Shown one piece after another: positions 38,977 through 48,800 of a stretch of DNA of 64,000 bases. A program made the position numbers and the translations under genes. How positions within the stretch are numbered: position 1 is the first letter of the stretch; each line of letters opens with the position of its first letter. A model generated the notes under the pieces. The model was not told the DNA's origin, did no database searches, and saw nothing but the letters and a program-made list of their open reading frames with translations. Origin of the DNA: an uncultured Bdellovibrio sp. (GTDB taxonomy: Bacteria; Bdellovibrionota; Bdellovibrionia; Bdellovibrionales; Bdellovibrionaceae); NCBI GenBank assembly GCA_963932905.1, contig CAWVRN010000011.1:1-64000 (forward strand). Reading direction: 5' to 3'.

Positions 38977-39204
38977 TTTGCTAGTCCTCTTTCAATTGAA
39001 CTCACAAAATTGTTTCGGTAATCTTAGCGGTAAGGATGCACTTTTTATTTCTAATGAGTAACTGATTTTTTGAAACTCGTATATTAGTACTCCACATATT
39101 TAACTTCTTAAATAATCCCACTTTGTTAAATTGGCCCTATCATCCTGAAACATTTTCCGTATCTGCTTTGGTGTGGTTGACGGTTTGTAATAGGACCAAT
39201 ATCG

Positions 39205-39571
39205 CCGATTTGGAAGTCCCATGGGCCAGGCTTAAATGGGCTCGTGCTCAATGAAAATTGACGACTTAAATTGTCGTCGAAATTTGCTCTTGCAAAGAAG
39301 CTTTTCTGAGTGGTCTAATTCGATTTGGAATTGTCCCACGTCCTAATAAACAATGTCGAGAGAGTCCTTCTTAGCCAAATTTGGGTGGAGGCGAGTAAGA
39401 GACTTCTTATCGCCGCGTCTTGGCGAAAACAAAGTGGACAAAAGGGTCTGCAGGTATCTATCATAAGGATTTCCGCTGTGAAAAATTGCAGATGACCTAA
39501 GTCGGCTCGGAATTCTGACGAAGAATCGCCAAAGTCGGTCACACACAGACATGGTAAGTAGAATTTTACTG
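39205..39571 (+). pseudogene. Degenerate paralog of the 36110 Recombinase-domain gene
   Basis: Manual translation EICSCKEAFLSGLIRFGI / FGWRRVRDFLSPRLGENKV...GFPL*KIADDLSRLGILTKNRQSRSHTDMVSRIL aligns collinearly with the 36110 protein; internal stops and a frameshift. Confidence 0.75.
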
Positions 39572-39746
39572 GGGCAAAAAAATCTAAAAAAACCAGCTAC
39601 TGCCTTGACATAGAGCAATTAAACGTCACATTTTGAGTGGACAGGTTCGCCCTCCGGGGTACTCGCGCTGGAGGGAATTTTATTTTTAAACACCAATCAA
39701 CAACACGCCTATTTACACAAACAGAATATCTCCCAGGTGCCTTCCG

Positions 39747-42700
39747 ATGACTTCATTTCAACGAGGAGTCATTGAGTTAAAGATTGAAGGTATGGAAGGG
39801 GGCCGATTCCAAGAGTTTGTTTTACGCTTTCTGCCTCTTTATAGCCCGTCGTATGATGGAATTGTTCGCAACGGTCATACTGAATTGGGCAAAACAAAAG
39901 CAGGTGTTCCTGATCTCTTGAAAACTCTCGATAATGGCGACCAGATTGGTGCCGAATGCGGAACTGGTGAAGATTACTGGAAACCACCAGAGGACGTGAA
40001 GAAGTATCCCGAATGGAAACCGATTGAAGATGCTGAGAAGTCCATTCAGAAAATGGCAAGACCCGTTGAGATCATCCTCGCATCAAGTCGTCCGATACCA
40101 GCCAACTATCCAAATGTTAAGACAGCAATAATCGACTACTTTGCGAGTAAAACCAATGCTCGAATCATTCTTTTAACTTGTACTGATTTGGCATCGTGGA
40201 TTGAAAGAAATCTGAAGAGAGCTGACATCTTTGAACTTTCTAAAGAGTTTTTCCCCGAGGTGGTCGAAAATCAAACTCTGATAGACGAACGGGACGCTCT
40301 TGCCTCAGTAATCGATTATGGCGACAAGTTTGGATTTCCCACAAAAGATATACTTCAAATTCTCAAAGCATCGGGGATCACGGATCCAGTTCTTCTTGAA
40401 CAGCAAATTGCAACTGAGATTTTCGGTGACGACACGAGATTCAGTTTAGAACATCCTGCCAGCTTTAATGGAATACCCAGATGCTCAAAGCATCTTCCAC
40501 TAATTTTGAACCCCTTTGGCAAAATAGTTCAGCTACTTGGGGTTCCCAAGATAGGCAAGTCCAACCTTTGCTGGGAAGCGATTACCCAGGCAAAGTACAA
40601 GTACAAATGGCTGTCGGTTCCTATTGATGAACAACAGCATACTGATTTTGTAGATGCCCTTCTGATCTTATTATACTCTCAGTTTATTTCTGTTTCCGAA
40701 GCGGTTAAAAAAGTTAAGGCCCTTGTTTCCACAAACGTGAGATTGCAAGAAAAAGAAATATCTCCCCTATATCTCGTGATAGACAACGCTCACTTTCTAA
40801 ACCTGAACCAACTCAAAAGACTAGACTTTGCTTTGAAAGAACTTCGATCACTGAGTCTTCTTTCAAAAATTGCAATCGTATTGATGACAAACAAAAATTT
40901 ATCTCAAGCGGTTTCGTCACTAGACACAGCGGCGGTTGCTCCGGCTTGGACAAGTGAAGAACTCAAGGAACTCATCACTCGAAAGAACCTGTTAGTAAGT
41001 GACCCGAAGCCCGACGAATACTTTGAGCTTCTTCAGTCCCAATGTAACGGCCACCCCTTATTTGCAGTGGCTCTGGCAGGAAAATATAGTGACCGCACCA
41101 AACTGATCTTAAATAAAATTGAGAGCCCAAAAGCTGACGACTCAGAATTATCAAATGAAATAAAATCCGTCCTTTATCAGGATATTTTAACAACCCCTGA
41201 CCAGCAAAATTTTGTTCAACGACTGTCCATTCTAACTGGAAAATCGAGTCAATCTGTTCTTGATGCTCTTAGAAAAGATGTCCAACCACAGATTCACACA
41301 ACCGTATCCAACCTTTCTGAACAAATTGGTCCAGCCGTATTGGAGGGATCTATTGAAGGTGGATTGCAAGTAAGCCCTGCCTTCAAAGAGGTCGCTAACA
41401 AAAAAATTGGCACCACCGAAAAAAATGAAACTTTCATTGCGGCAGCAAATACATTGCTCAAGTTTGAAGGTAAAACTTTATATGCCGATCATTGGATTGA
41501 TGGCATCTTCTACCTAATACTGGCAGACAATATTCCAAAAGCCGCTGCTTCTGCATTGCTCCTTCTAAATGGGATAAGCAACAACGATGAAAATAGAGAG
41601 CTAAATCTTAAATATACGCTTGATAGGTTGTTTTATTTCAAATTCTTAAAGAACAAAACATTAGATGGGATGGACTATCTTACCCTTTGCTCACTTCGAT
41701 TAATGATGGGACATCATCACGCAAGTTTAAACAATTTGAAGGAATCCGCTGAGTACCTCGAAGAAATTGATGTTGAAAAAATACAAAGTATCAAAGTTGA
41801 CTTTGATGGTGTTGAGGAAATGAAGCGATATCTTGTGATGGCTGTGCTGAGCTCCAGAGTCCTTGCCCTTGGCGAAATGAAAGACCCCGTAAAAACACTG
41901 GTCACCTACTTGGACTATCTGTCAAAAGCTCCTCCCGACGGCCCAAAATTTGAAGTGTATGAAATACTTCCGGGCTTAATCACTCGACTTAAAATTGATC
42001 AATTAAGGACCTTTAGTTTTTCAGTTTTAGCTGAACGACTTTATCCTGAGAGACTTTCTGATCTCGTGAAAGTGGCTATATCTATTGGGTATGCAGCTAG
42101 AAATGATGATCTTTTGCAAAAGAATATATTTTCTTTGCGTGTGGACATTCCAAGCAGCAACCTATTTCTGGAGCTTGCTCGTTCATCATTGCTTTCAAAT
42201 ACAGATAAATATCCAGAAGCATTGGGGCTGATTTTAAAAATTGAGAAAAGCATTGCTGATAGAGGCAAAGATCCAAATAAACTGGGTGGAACTTTCTATC
42301 AACATTTTGCTGACACAGTATGGGGAACCAAAGACCATCAAGGTTCGATCGCATACTACAAAAAGTCTTCCGAACTAGAGCCAAACGAGTCTGAGTCATT
42401 TTTAGCTTGGAACCAGTACAAAATCGGTTTTGCGAGTACCGATGAAAACGAAATCATAACCAACTTCACAGAATCGATAGCTAAATTTATCAGTGTTGAA
42501 AATTATGATCAAGGCAGTAGAGCATTGGGGGCTTTAGCGGCCTTTCACATTTCTAAGAAAAACTATGCTGAAGGAATTAAGACTGGATTTCGTTTGGCCG
42601 AATGGTTCCATAAAGATAAGAAATCTGAAGCAGGTCCCTCTTTACGCTTACTACTGGCACAAATGCTTAGATCCAAACACGACATCACGGGAGAGTCACT

Positions 42701-43685
42701 TTCCCATCCAGGCATGAATTTCCCTTTACCGGAAAGACAATTCTATTTAACAATTCAATCTGAAGTGACACCTGAAGCTGGTGGAGTAATTACCTATCAA
42801 GTAATTTCAAACTTTGCAAAAACCGTAGGTGAAAATGGCCTCGCAATAGAAGCGCTAAAAAGTGCAATTTACTCTGATGTCACTGTAGAGATGGATCGAA
42901 ATACGCTAATTATAAATTGGTTCGACCTTTTTGGACTCTTATCTCCAGAGGATTTTAACGAATATGAGGTATCTCTTTTTATAAAAAAATTGTTGCAGTA
43001 TCAGCCGATACCTGCGGCAAAAAATGAAGCAGCCTATATGCAAGGCTTCTTTGTGCCATTTGAAAACAGAGCTAAAAAGGAACCTTCGGTTTGGTCTCCC
43101 ATTCTTTCAAAAGTTGTTGAGATTACTCGAAATATCGTCAGTGACATTGACAGTACCCTGGCGGATAGATGGTCTGCTCGCCTGGATTATTACGAAGGAC
43201 TTTCGTGTCTTCTTTCAGGTGCCTCACATAGGGCTTACAACCTATTTAGACGTGCTTGTAGAGATGCACTTTCAAAGGAAATCTGGGACATAGGAGAAAG
43301 TGCGGCATTTTCAGCTTCATTTGAACTGTGGCAACAGCATCCATCCTTGCTCGATGCTGGAACGGCCAGTTTTGATCTTCTAAAAGTGATTGAAGCGCAA
43401 AGTCCAAACGCAGATAAAATTAGAGTTTTAGGAATCAATCTTTATAAATTTTGGTCTGTCTGTTCCTGGGGCAGATTAAGTACATCCGACTATCAAATAA
43501 AAGATAGGTTATTCGACGGAGCCAAGGTTTTAAAAAGTCACTCTTTTACAGAGGAAGAAGCTAGTCCGGTCATGGTTGCTCTTTTAAAAAAATCATTTGG
43601 TGATTACGATTCAACCAAACCAACAATCAGTTCCAAAAAAATTCCAGATGAAGTTCTTAAAATTCTTGAAAAAGAAAGCCGATGA
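39747..43685 (+). CDS. Avs-like STAND NTPase: N-terminal PD-(D/E)xK-type nuclease, P-loop, helical/TPR sensor
   Basis: N-terminal RFQEF...GKTKAGVPD...NG...AEC; Walker A GVPKIGKS; Walker B LVIDNAH; GHPL (STAND GxP motif); ~700-aa alpha-helical TPR-like C-terminus. Confidence 0.72.
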   Translation: MTSFQRGVIELKIEGMEGGRFQEFVLRFLPLYSPSYDGIVRNGHTELGKTKAGVPDLLKTLDNGDQIGAECGTGEDYWKPPEDVKKYPEWKPIEDAEKSIQKMARPVEIILASSRPIPANYPNVKTAIIDYFASKTNARIILLTCTDLASWIERNLKRADIFELSKEFFPEVVENQTLIDERDALASVIDYGDKFGFPTKDILQILKASGITDPVLLEQQIATEIFGDDTRFSLEHPASFNGIPRCSKHLPLILNPFGKIVQLLGVPKIGKSNLCWEAITQAKYKYKWLSVPIDEQQHTDFVDALLILLYSQFISVSEAVKKVKALVSTNVRLQEKEISPLYLVIDNAHFLNLNQLKRLDFALKELRSLSLLSKIAIVLMTNKNLSQAVSSLDTAAVAPAWTSEELKELITRKNLLVSDPKPDEYFELLQSQCNGHPLFAVALAGKYSDRTKLILNKIESPKADDSELSNEIKSVLYQDILTTPDQQNFVQRLSILTGKSSQSVLDALRKDVQPQIHTTVSNLSEQIGPAVLEGSIEGGLQVSPAFKEVANKKIGTTEKNETFIAAANTLLKFEGKTLYADHWIDGIFYLILADNIPKAAASALLLLNGISNNDENRELNLKYTLDRLFYFKFLKNKTLDGMDYLTLCSLRLMMGHHHASLNNLKESAEYLEEIDVEKIQSIKVDFDGVEEMKRYLVMAVLSSRVLALGEMKDPVKTLVTYLDYLSKAPPDGPKFEVYEILPGLITRLKIDQLRTFSFSVLAERLYPERLSDLVKVAISIGYAARNDDLLQKNIFSLRVDIPSSNLFLELARSSLLSNTDKYPEALGLILKIEKSIADRGKDPNKLGGTFYQHFADTVWGTKDHQGSIAYYKKSSELEPNESESFLAWNQYKIGFASTDENEIITNFTESIAKFISVENYDQGSRALGALAAFHISKKNYAEGIKTGFRLAEWFHKDKKSEAGPSLRLLLAQMLRSKHDITGESLSHPGMNFPLPERQFYLTIQSEVTPEAGGVITYQVISNFAKTVGENGLAIEALKSAIYSDVTVEMDRNTLIINWFDLFGLLSPEDFNEYEVSLFIKKLLQYQPIPAAKNEAAYMQGFFVPFENRAKKEPSVWSPILSKVVEITRNIVSDIDSTLADRWSARLDYYEGLSCLLSGASHRAYNLFRRACRDALSKEIWDIGESAAFSASFELWQQHPSLLDAGTASFDLLKVIEAQSPNADKIRVLGINLYKFWSVCSWGRLSTSDYQIKDRLFDGAKVLKSHSFTEEEASPVMVALLKKSFGDYDSTKPTISSKKIPDEVLKILEKESR

Positions 43686-43810
43686 AAGTCTTCATGAGAT
43701 ACAGCAACAGCGATCTGGAGTTTGCTAAGGGAGTTGCTACAACGATTAATTCTGGAGTGCGGAATGCCCAAAAAAGTTTCCAATCATATGCTCGTAGGGT
43801 GGAACTATAG
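43682..43810 (+). pseudogene. 42-aa ORF resembling a TIR-domain N-terminus
   Basis: ATGA-coupled to the STAND gene; MKVFMRYSNSDLEFAKGVA resembles TIR consensus (K)VFISYS..D..FA..L. Confidence 0.4.
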
Positions 43811-43850
43811 ATATTATTTTCAAGTATTGATTTCCATAAATTTTTGATAA

Positions 43851-44414
43851 TTACTTTTTGATTACGCCCTGATAGTCTAAAAGTAGCTTTTTCATCGGGA
43901 TAAGTACTCTATTTTCTTTCCGAACTTCGGATAGATTCCCAAGATACTCAAAAATACTTCCGCCTTGCTTATTTTCAACAGAAGTTTCATACTTGGAAGT
44001 CGTTGCACCCGTTGTTGGATCTTGTATCTCTAATAAAGAAGGGCATTTTTTAATATCTCCCGTAGCAACAATACCAAATGAAAAAATCCGAATTACCATA
44101 TTTAACTGATTTGAATCAGATGGAAAGTGTCCGGTTGTTTCACATTTTAAATATGTAAACTTCAACTTTGATTTTTGTGACAATTCGTTTCCTCTCTTAT
44201 TTTGTCTTATTACTTCATTTTCTATTGTTTTCTTAATATCTATGTAATCGAAATCGTGATTTGCAATCCCTGTTTTGTCTTCAACTTCGATAACAGCTGA
44301 AATCCCATCCATATATTCAAGATCGGCCACGGCAATTCTTTCCAATCTCGTTGGACCAGTTATTACACATCCACTAACGGACAAAGCCAGAACAATTGAA
44401 AATATTTTTCTCAA
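43851..44414 (-). CDS. Hypothetical lipoprotein
   Basis: LRKIFSIVLALSVSGC lipoprotein signal from TTG at 44414. Confidence 0.65.
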   Translation of the reverse strand: MRKIFSIVLALSVSGCVITGPTRLERIAVADLEYMDGISAVIEVEDKTGIANHDFDYIDIKKTIENEVIRQNKRGNELSQKSKLKFTYLKCETTGHFPSDSNQLNMVIRIFSFGIVATGDIKKCPSLLEIQDPTTGATTSKYETSVENKQGGSIFEYLGNLSEVRKENRVLIPMKKLLLDYQGVIKK

Positions 44415-44561
44415 GTCTTCCCCAATTAAAAAATCATTATCATTCCACCGTATATTATTCCATGGCCCCAAAGAGTTTTTTCATCTTGGGACATTCTTGC
44501 AACCTGCATTTTTCTAATATAACGGTTGAGGTTTTTATTACTAAAGTAATATAGTTTAAGT

Positions 44562-45323
44562 ATGTTTAGCAACTATATTAGAATAGCCGTCTTTCTTATA
44601 TCAGTACTATTTTCAAGCCCTAGTTGGTCTTCTTTGGCTTATAGGTTAGATGATAACCAAGTCAAAATTATGTTTTGGCCTGAAGTAGAACCCAGAAAAT
44701 CTGTTCAAATAGATTTTGAGACTTCTGGTATTGAAGAAAAAGTGAATAGCTCTATAGATGGAACGGAGGTCACCGTAAAAGAACTTCCAACATATGCTAT
44801 TAGCGCAGGAGCCGGTTTACTCAAAGACTTAAGAGGCGGCATACAGTTTGGCCCAACGCGAGTTGTTTTTTTGAATTTTTCTTTAAATTTCAATTTACAA
44901 TACGACCTTTACAAAAATGAATCCTTCTTAGTAGCAGTGGTGGCGATGTATGGAGGCGTACTTTTTCCAGGAGAGCGCTATGGAGGCAAAGCGCTCCTTT
45001 CCATGGAAAAAAACAACTCTATCTACTATTTTAGTGCTGAGCGAATAAAAAGTTCTCGATACTTTCAATATGCTTTCAGAGACGAAGATGCATTTAAGCT
45101 TCATAACAAGCTAGAGTATAATCTGATAAACGATCTTTTTATAGTCGGAGTCAGGTCTTATAAGATAGGCGAACTCTTGGGCAATAATAATACGGCTTTG
45201 GATTTAAGTATTGGAGTCAGCAACGACGTTGATTTGAGTTACCACAACGCACATTACGAACCGGCTAATTTCCATAGAATAAACGGCTATATTTTGTCAG
45301 CGTCTTGGATAATTTTATATTAA
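44562..45323 (+). CDS. Exported hypothetical protein, possible outer-membrane beta-barrel
   Basis: Signal peptide; amphipathic strands; aromatic C-terminus. Confidence 0.6.
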   Translation: MFSNYIRIAVFLISVLFSSPSWSSLAYRLDDNQVKIMFWPEVEPRKSVQIDFETSGIEEKVNSSIDGTEVTVKELPTYAISAGAGLLKDLRGGIQFGPTRVVFLNFSLNFNLQYDLYKNESFLVAVVAMYGGVLFPGERYGGKALLSMEKNNSIYYFSAERIKSSRYFQYAFRDEDAFKLHNKLEYNLINDLFIVGVRSYKIGELLGNNNTALDLSIGVSNDVDLSYHNAHYEPANFHRINGYILSASWIILY

Positions 45324-45407
45324 AAAAATTCAAAAAACTCACGCATGAAATTGAAAGAGCCTTTTGCAAAGGCCCAAAAATGTTTGAATTCAATATATAT
45401 ACAAAGT

Positions 45408-45842
45408 TTAATATTCTGGTGGTTTCGTTGGCATGTCGTCTTTCTTTAAATCAAAAATAATCAATGAATATAGATAGTCTCGATCGGTTTGAAGCGATTT
45501 GTACTTACTTAGAGTTTCTTCGCTACAGCTGTACAAATCTCCCTTTGCCAAAGGGAAATCTTTGTCTGTCATATGAATATTAAAAATTGCATTGGTGGAA
45601 TCAAACTTGGACCTTGCAATCTCTTTTTTAAGAACATTTATTGCCGCTATGGCAGCATGCTCACTCTTTTTAGAATTTGGAGCATACCAAGTCGATACTG
45701 TTCCAAGCAGCTTGCAGTCGTTGACATCTTTTACTATTATATATTTTGAATCTCTAATAGCGCTACCCATAGAGTTTGCAAACATGTGTCCGCAACCCAC
45801 CGATAGCAGCATAATATAAACGGCAAAAATGGTTTTTTTCAT
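45408..45842 (-). CDS. Lipoprotein, candidate immunity protein of the upstream Rhs toxin
   Basis: AAGGA RBS and ATG 10 nt after the Rhs stop; MKKTIFAVYIMLLSVGC lipobox. Confidence 0.65.
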   Translation of the reverse strand: MKKTIFAVYIMLLSVGCGHMFANSMGSAIRDSKYIIVKDVNDCKLLGTVSTWYAPNSKKSEHAAIAAINVLKKEIARSKFDSTNAIFNIHMTDKDFPLAKGDLYSCSEETLSKYKSLQTDRDYLYSLIIFDLKKDDMPTKPPEY

Positions 45843-45852
45843 TATATCCTTA

Positions 45853-48800
45853 CTATTTGTCAAAAATACTATCGGGTAAGCCAAATACTCTTTCTTTACT
45901 TCCCGTATCCCAATTATACACGTCCGAGAAGAATAGCCAACCAACAATAGCTGTAGTTTCATTTCTAGGGATTCCGATTGCATTGTGAGCAATTTCCCAA
46001 CCCACGTTAATAGCAAAATTCGTAGTTCCTGCGTTTATACCTGTCCCAATCGCATACCCAAGCCCTTGGGCCTCGAGTGGAGGTATGAAGTTCACCCCGA
46101 GAACAAATTGGGTAAATGCTCCCATCGCAAGTGCTACAGCAAAATTCATCACAAAGGTGTTAAGAATATTTTGATTACCTTTTAGGCCTCCAAAAGTTAC
46201 CTGATAGTAAGTAGTAATTGCTGCAGACACCAATGCGAATACCACGAAGAACCAGAACTTTCCAGATGGATCGACTAGATGAGACGGAGAATTTCCCGCA
46301 TACGAATATTTATTGATTAAGCTGTTAGGCATATTGATTTTACCTGGATCTGGATCCTTCTGGAGGAAACGACCCAAGTTCGCGTCATACATCCTTGCTC
46401 TGTAAAAATATAGCCCAGTTTCGCCATCAAATTCACGCCCACTAAAAGTATAGGACGTGTTTATTTTTGGATTTGAAATCACTGAGTTATTTCCGCCGTC
46501 AAATATTCCAACAATTTTTCCGTAAGCGGAATACTGATAAGACTGTATAACGCTTCCACTCAAATCAACGACTTTAGCAATAGAACCAATATTATCCTTA
46601 AGATAAAAATATTTTCCAGCAGAGTATGCAAGATTTGCAGATTGACCAGAACTGGTAATATTTGCGGAAAGTACGTCATCGGTTCTTAAGTTCGAATGCG
46701 TGTAGGTGGCCAATAGATTATTCGAATCATTGTATTCCGCTATTATGCTGTCTCGATCATAAACGTAAGATCGAGAAAACGACTTCGAAGAATCTATATA
46801 GTTGGTAATTTGTTTTTTTAACCTTCTTCCTTGGGGATCGTAAAAATACAGAGCAATCATTTTTACAGAGTTGTCTTGGCCTGAAATCCTCACTTCTTTG
46901 AGTTGATTCATCGAAGTATATAGATAATTGTATTTGTCACCCAAATTGTCTTTGGGGAATTTACCTATTAAATTACCGTTGCTGTCGTGAGTGTAAATAA
47001 ACTGATAGTCTTGCTCAATGATCTTTCTGACCGGCTCATAGATAAAATTACCGGTTTGATCCGAAACTCTATTTCCAATTTCATCATAGGAAAACGATTC
47101 ACTTTGCTGAGAAGAATTCGCTGAAATAAGCTGGCCGTTGGTGTCGTAACCGTAGTCGATGCTGCCAGCAATACTTCGTTTTTGAACAGGGAAATTTCTT
47201 TGATCATAACTTAACTGGCTATAATCAATTGTGCCAGATGAATTTGAATGAACAATATTTTCAAGCGCTCCACCAGAATTATACGTGAAATTTGAAATAG
47301 ATCCGGGGCGCGAAATTCGCGTAATTTTATTGGATAAATCGAAATCAAAATTAAATGTGTCTCCAAACGAATTGGAAACCTGTTTTAATCTATCCGACTG
47401 ATCATATGAAAAAGCTAAACTGATTGGAGCGGACTGCATAGTTTCCATATTTCCATTTTGGTCATATGAATAACTTAAGTTAACTGCGGGATAGGAACCG
47501 AGGCTAGGTTTTCCCGAAACCAAATGGGTAAGTTCTCTACTTTTAGTGTCAAAAGTTTTAGAGATTGTGGAATAATGATTTGAAACTGAGATTGTTTCTC
47601 CTTTGGCCGAATAAGTAAAGATCATTTCATCATCTGGCAATTCAATCTTAGTTATCTGATTCAGTTCGTTTAAGGAATAAGACTTAAAATTCCCGTTAGG
47701 ATCGGTTTCAAATTTTAGATTTCCGTTTTCGTCATAAGTATAAGTATATATTTTCGACCCTGGCTCCGTTTTTTTGGAAAGCAGATCTCTTTCGTTATAC
47801 TCAAAAATGGTTTGGCTATTTTGTGGATCAATTATTTTTGATAGCTTACCAGTGTTAGTATATGTGTATTCGGTAATTTCATTTTTAGGAGAAGTGACTT
47901 GGGTTAACCTGTTAAATTTGTCGTAGCTATATTTGGTAACCTCTTCTGCCGTAGAACTAATTCTCCTAGTTCGCTGAGTAACATTTCCGGCGCTGTCATA
48001 CAGGAACGATACAGATTTACCATCGGCAAACAATATTTTACTTTGATTCCCGTTTGAATCGTATTCATATGTGGTGGTTTCGGTAATATTTCCGGAAATA
48101 GTTCTAGTCGAAGTAATCGGGAGTCCGAAACTGTTGTAAGAAAAAGATCTAAGTTGCGAATTTGGCGCGCTCTCCTGAAGCAAAAGGCCTTTTAAAGAAT
48201 CATACTGTCTATATCTTGTAAAACCTCGTCCGTTAGTGTTCGAAGTAGGCTGGCCGTATTGGTTAAACGTTTGTGACTCCGTGATTCCAGTACCGGAATC
48301 AGACTTTTTCAATAAGTCTTTCGTCACCGGGTCATATTCAAATACAATTTCAGATAGATCCGGGAAGATGATTTTGTTAGTGTATCCATCTAAATCCCGT
48401 TCAATAGAGGTAATTTGACCTTTACCGTCTTTAATTTTAACAATGTTACCGTTGAAATCGCTAGTGACCTCCGAAGTTACTTCTTTAGCGTCAATAATAC
48501 GATCATGGAACTGTGTTGGTCCCTGGCCCTGACTGTTTAAGTTTCCGATATTTTGTCCCGTATAGTTATTTGACATCGAACCACTCAAAACATCATTTAT
48601 TTGTACTGATTTATTTGCCTCGTCTGTTATTGCTGAAAGGCGATTGTATTCATTGTATGAATATTTTTTAGAATTTCCCCGCTGATTTATTTCTTTTGTT
48701 AGAAGGCCTTCGCTATTGTATTCAAAACTTTGACTTGTCCCATCAGGAAAATTCACAGCATTTAAATTTCCGAATGAGTAGCTAAAAGTAGTAGTTCGTC

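Noticed and set aside
39315..39618. Minus-strand ORFs 39315-39542 and 39343-39618 as real genes
   Set aside because: They are antisense to the decayed recombinase-domain pseudogene.
39650..39690. GC hairpin upstream of the STAND gene as a riboswitch or ncRNA
   Set aside because: Single hairpin with no recognisable aptamer; could be an ordinary terminator.
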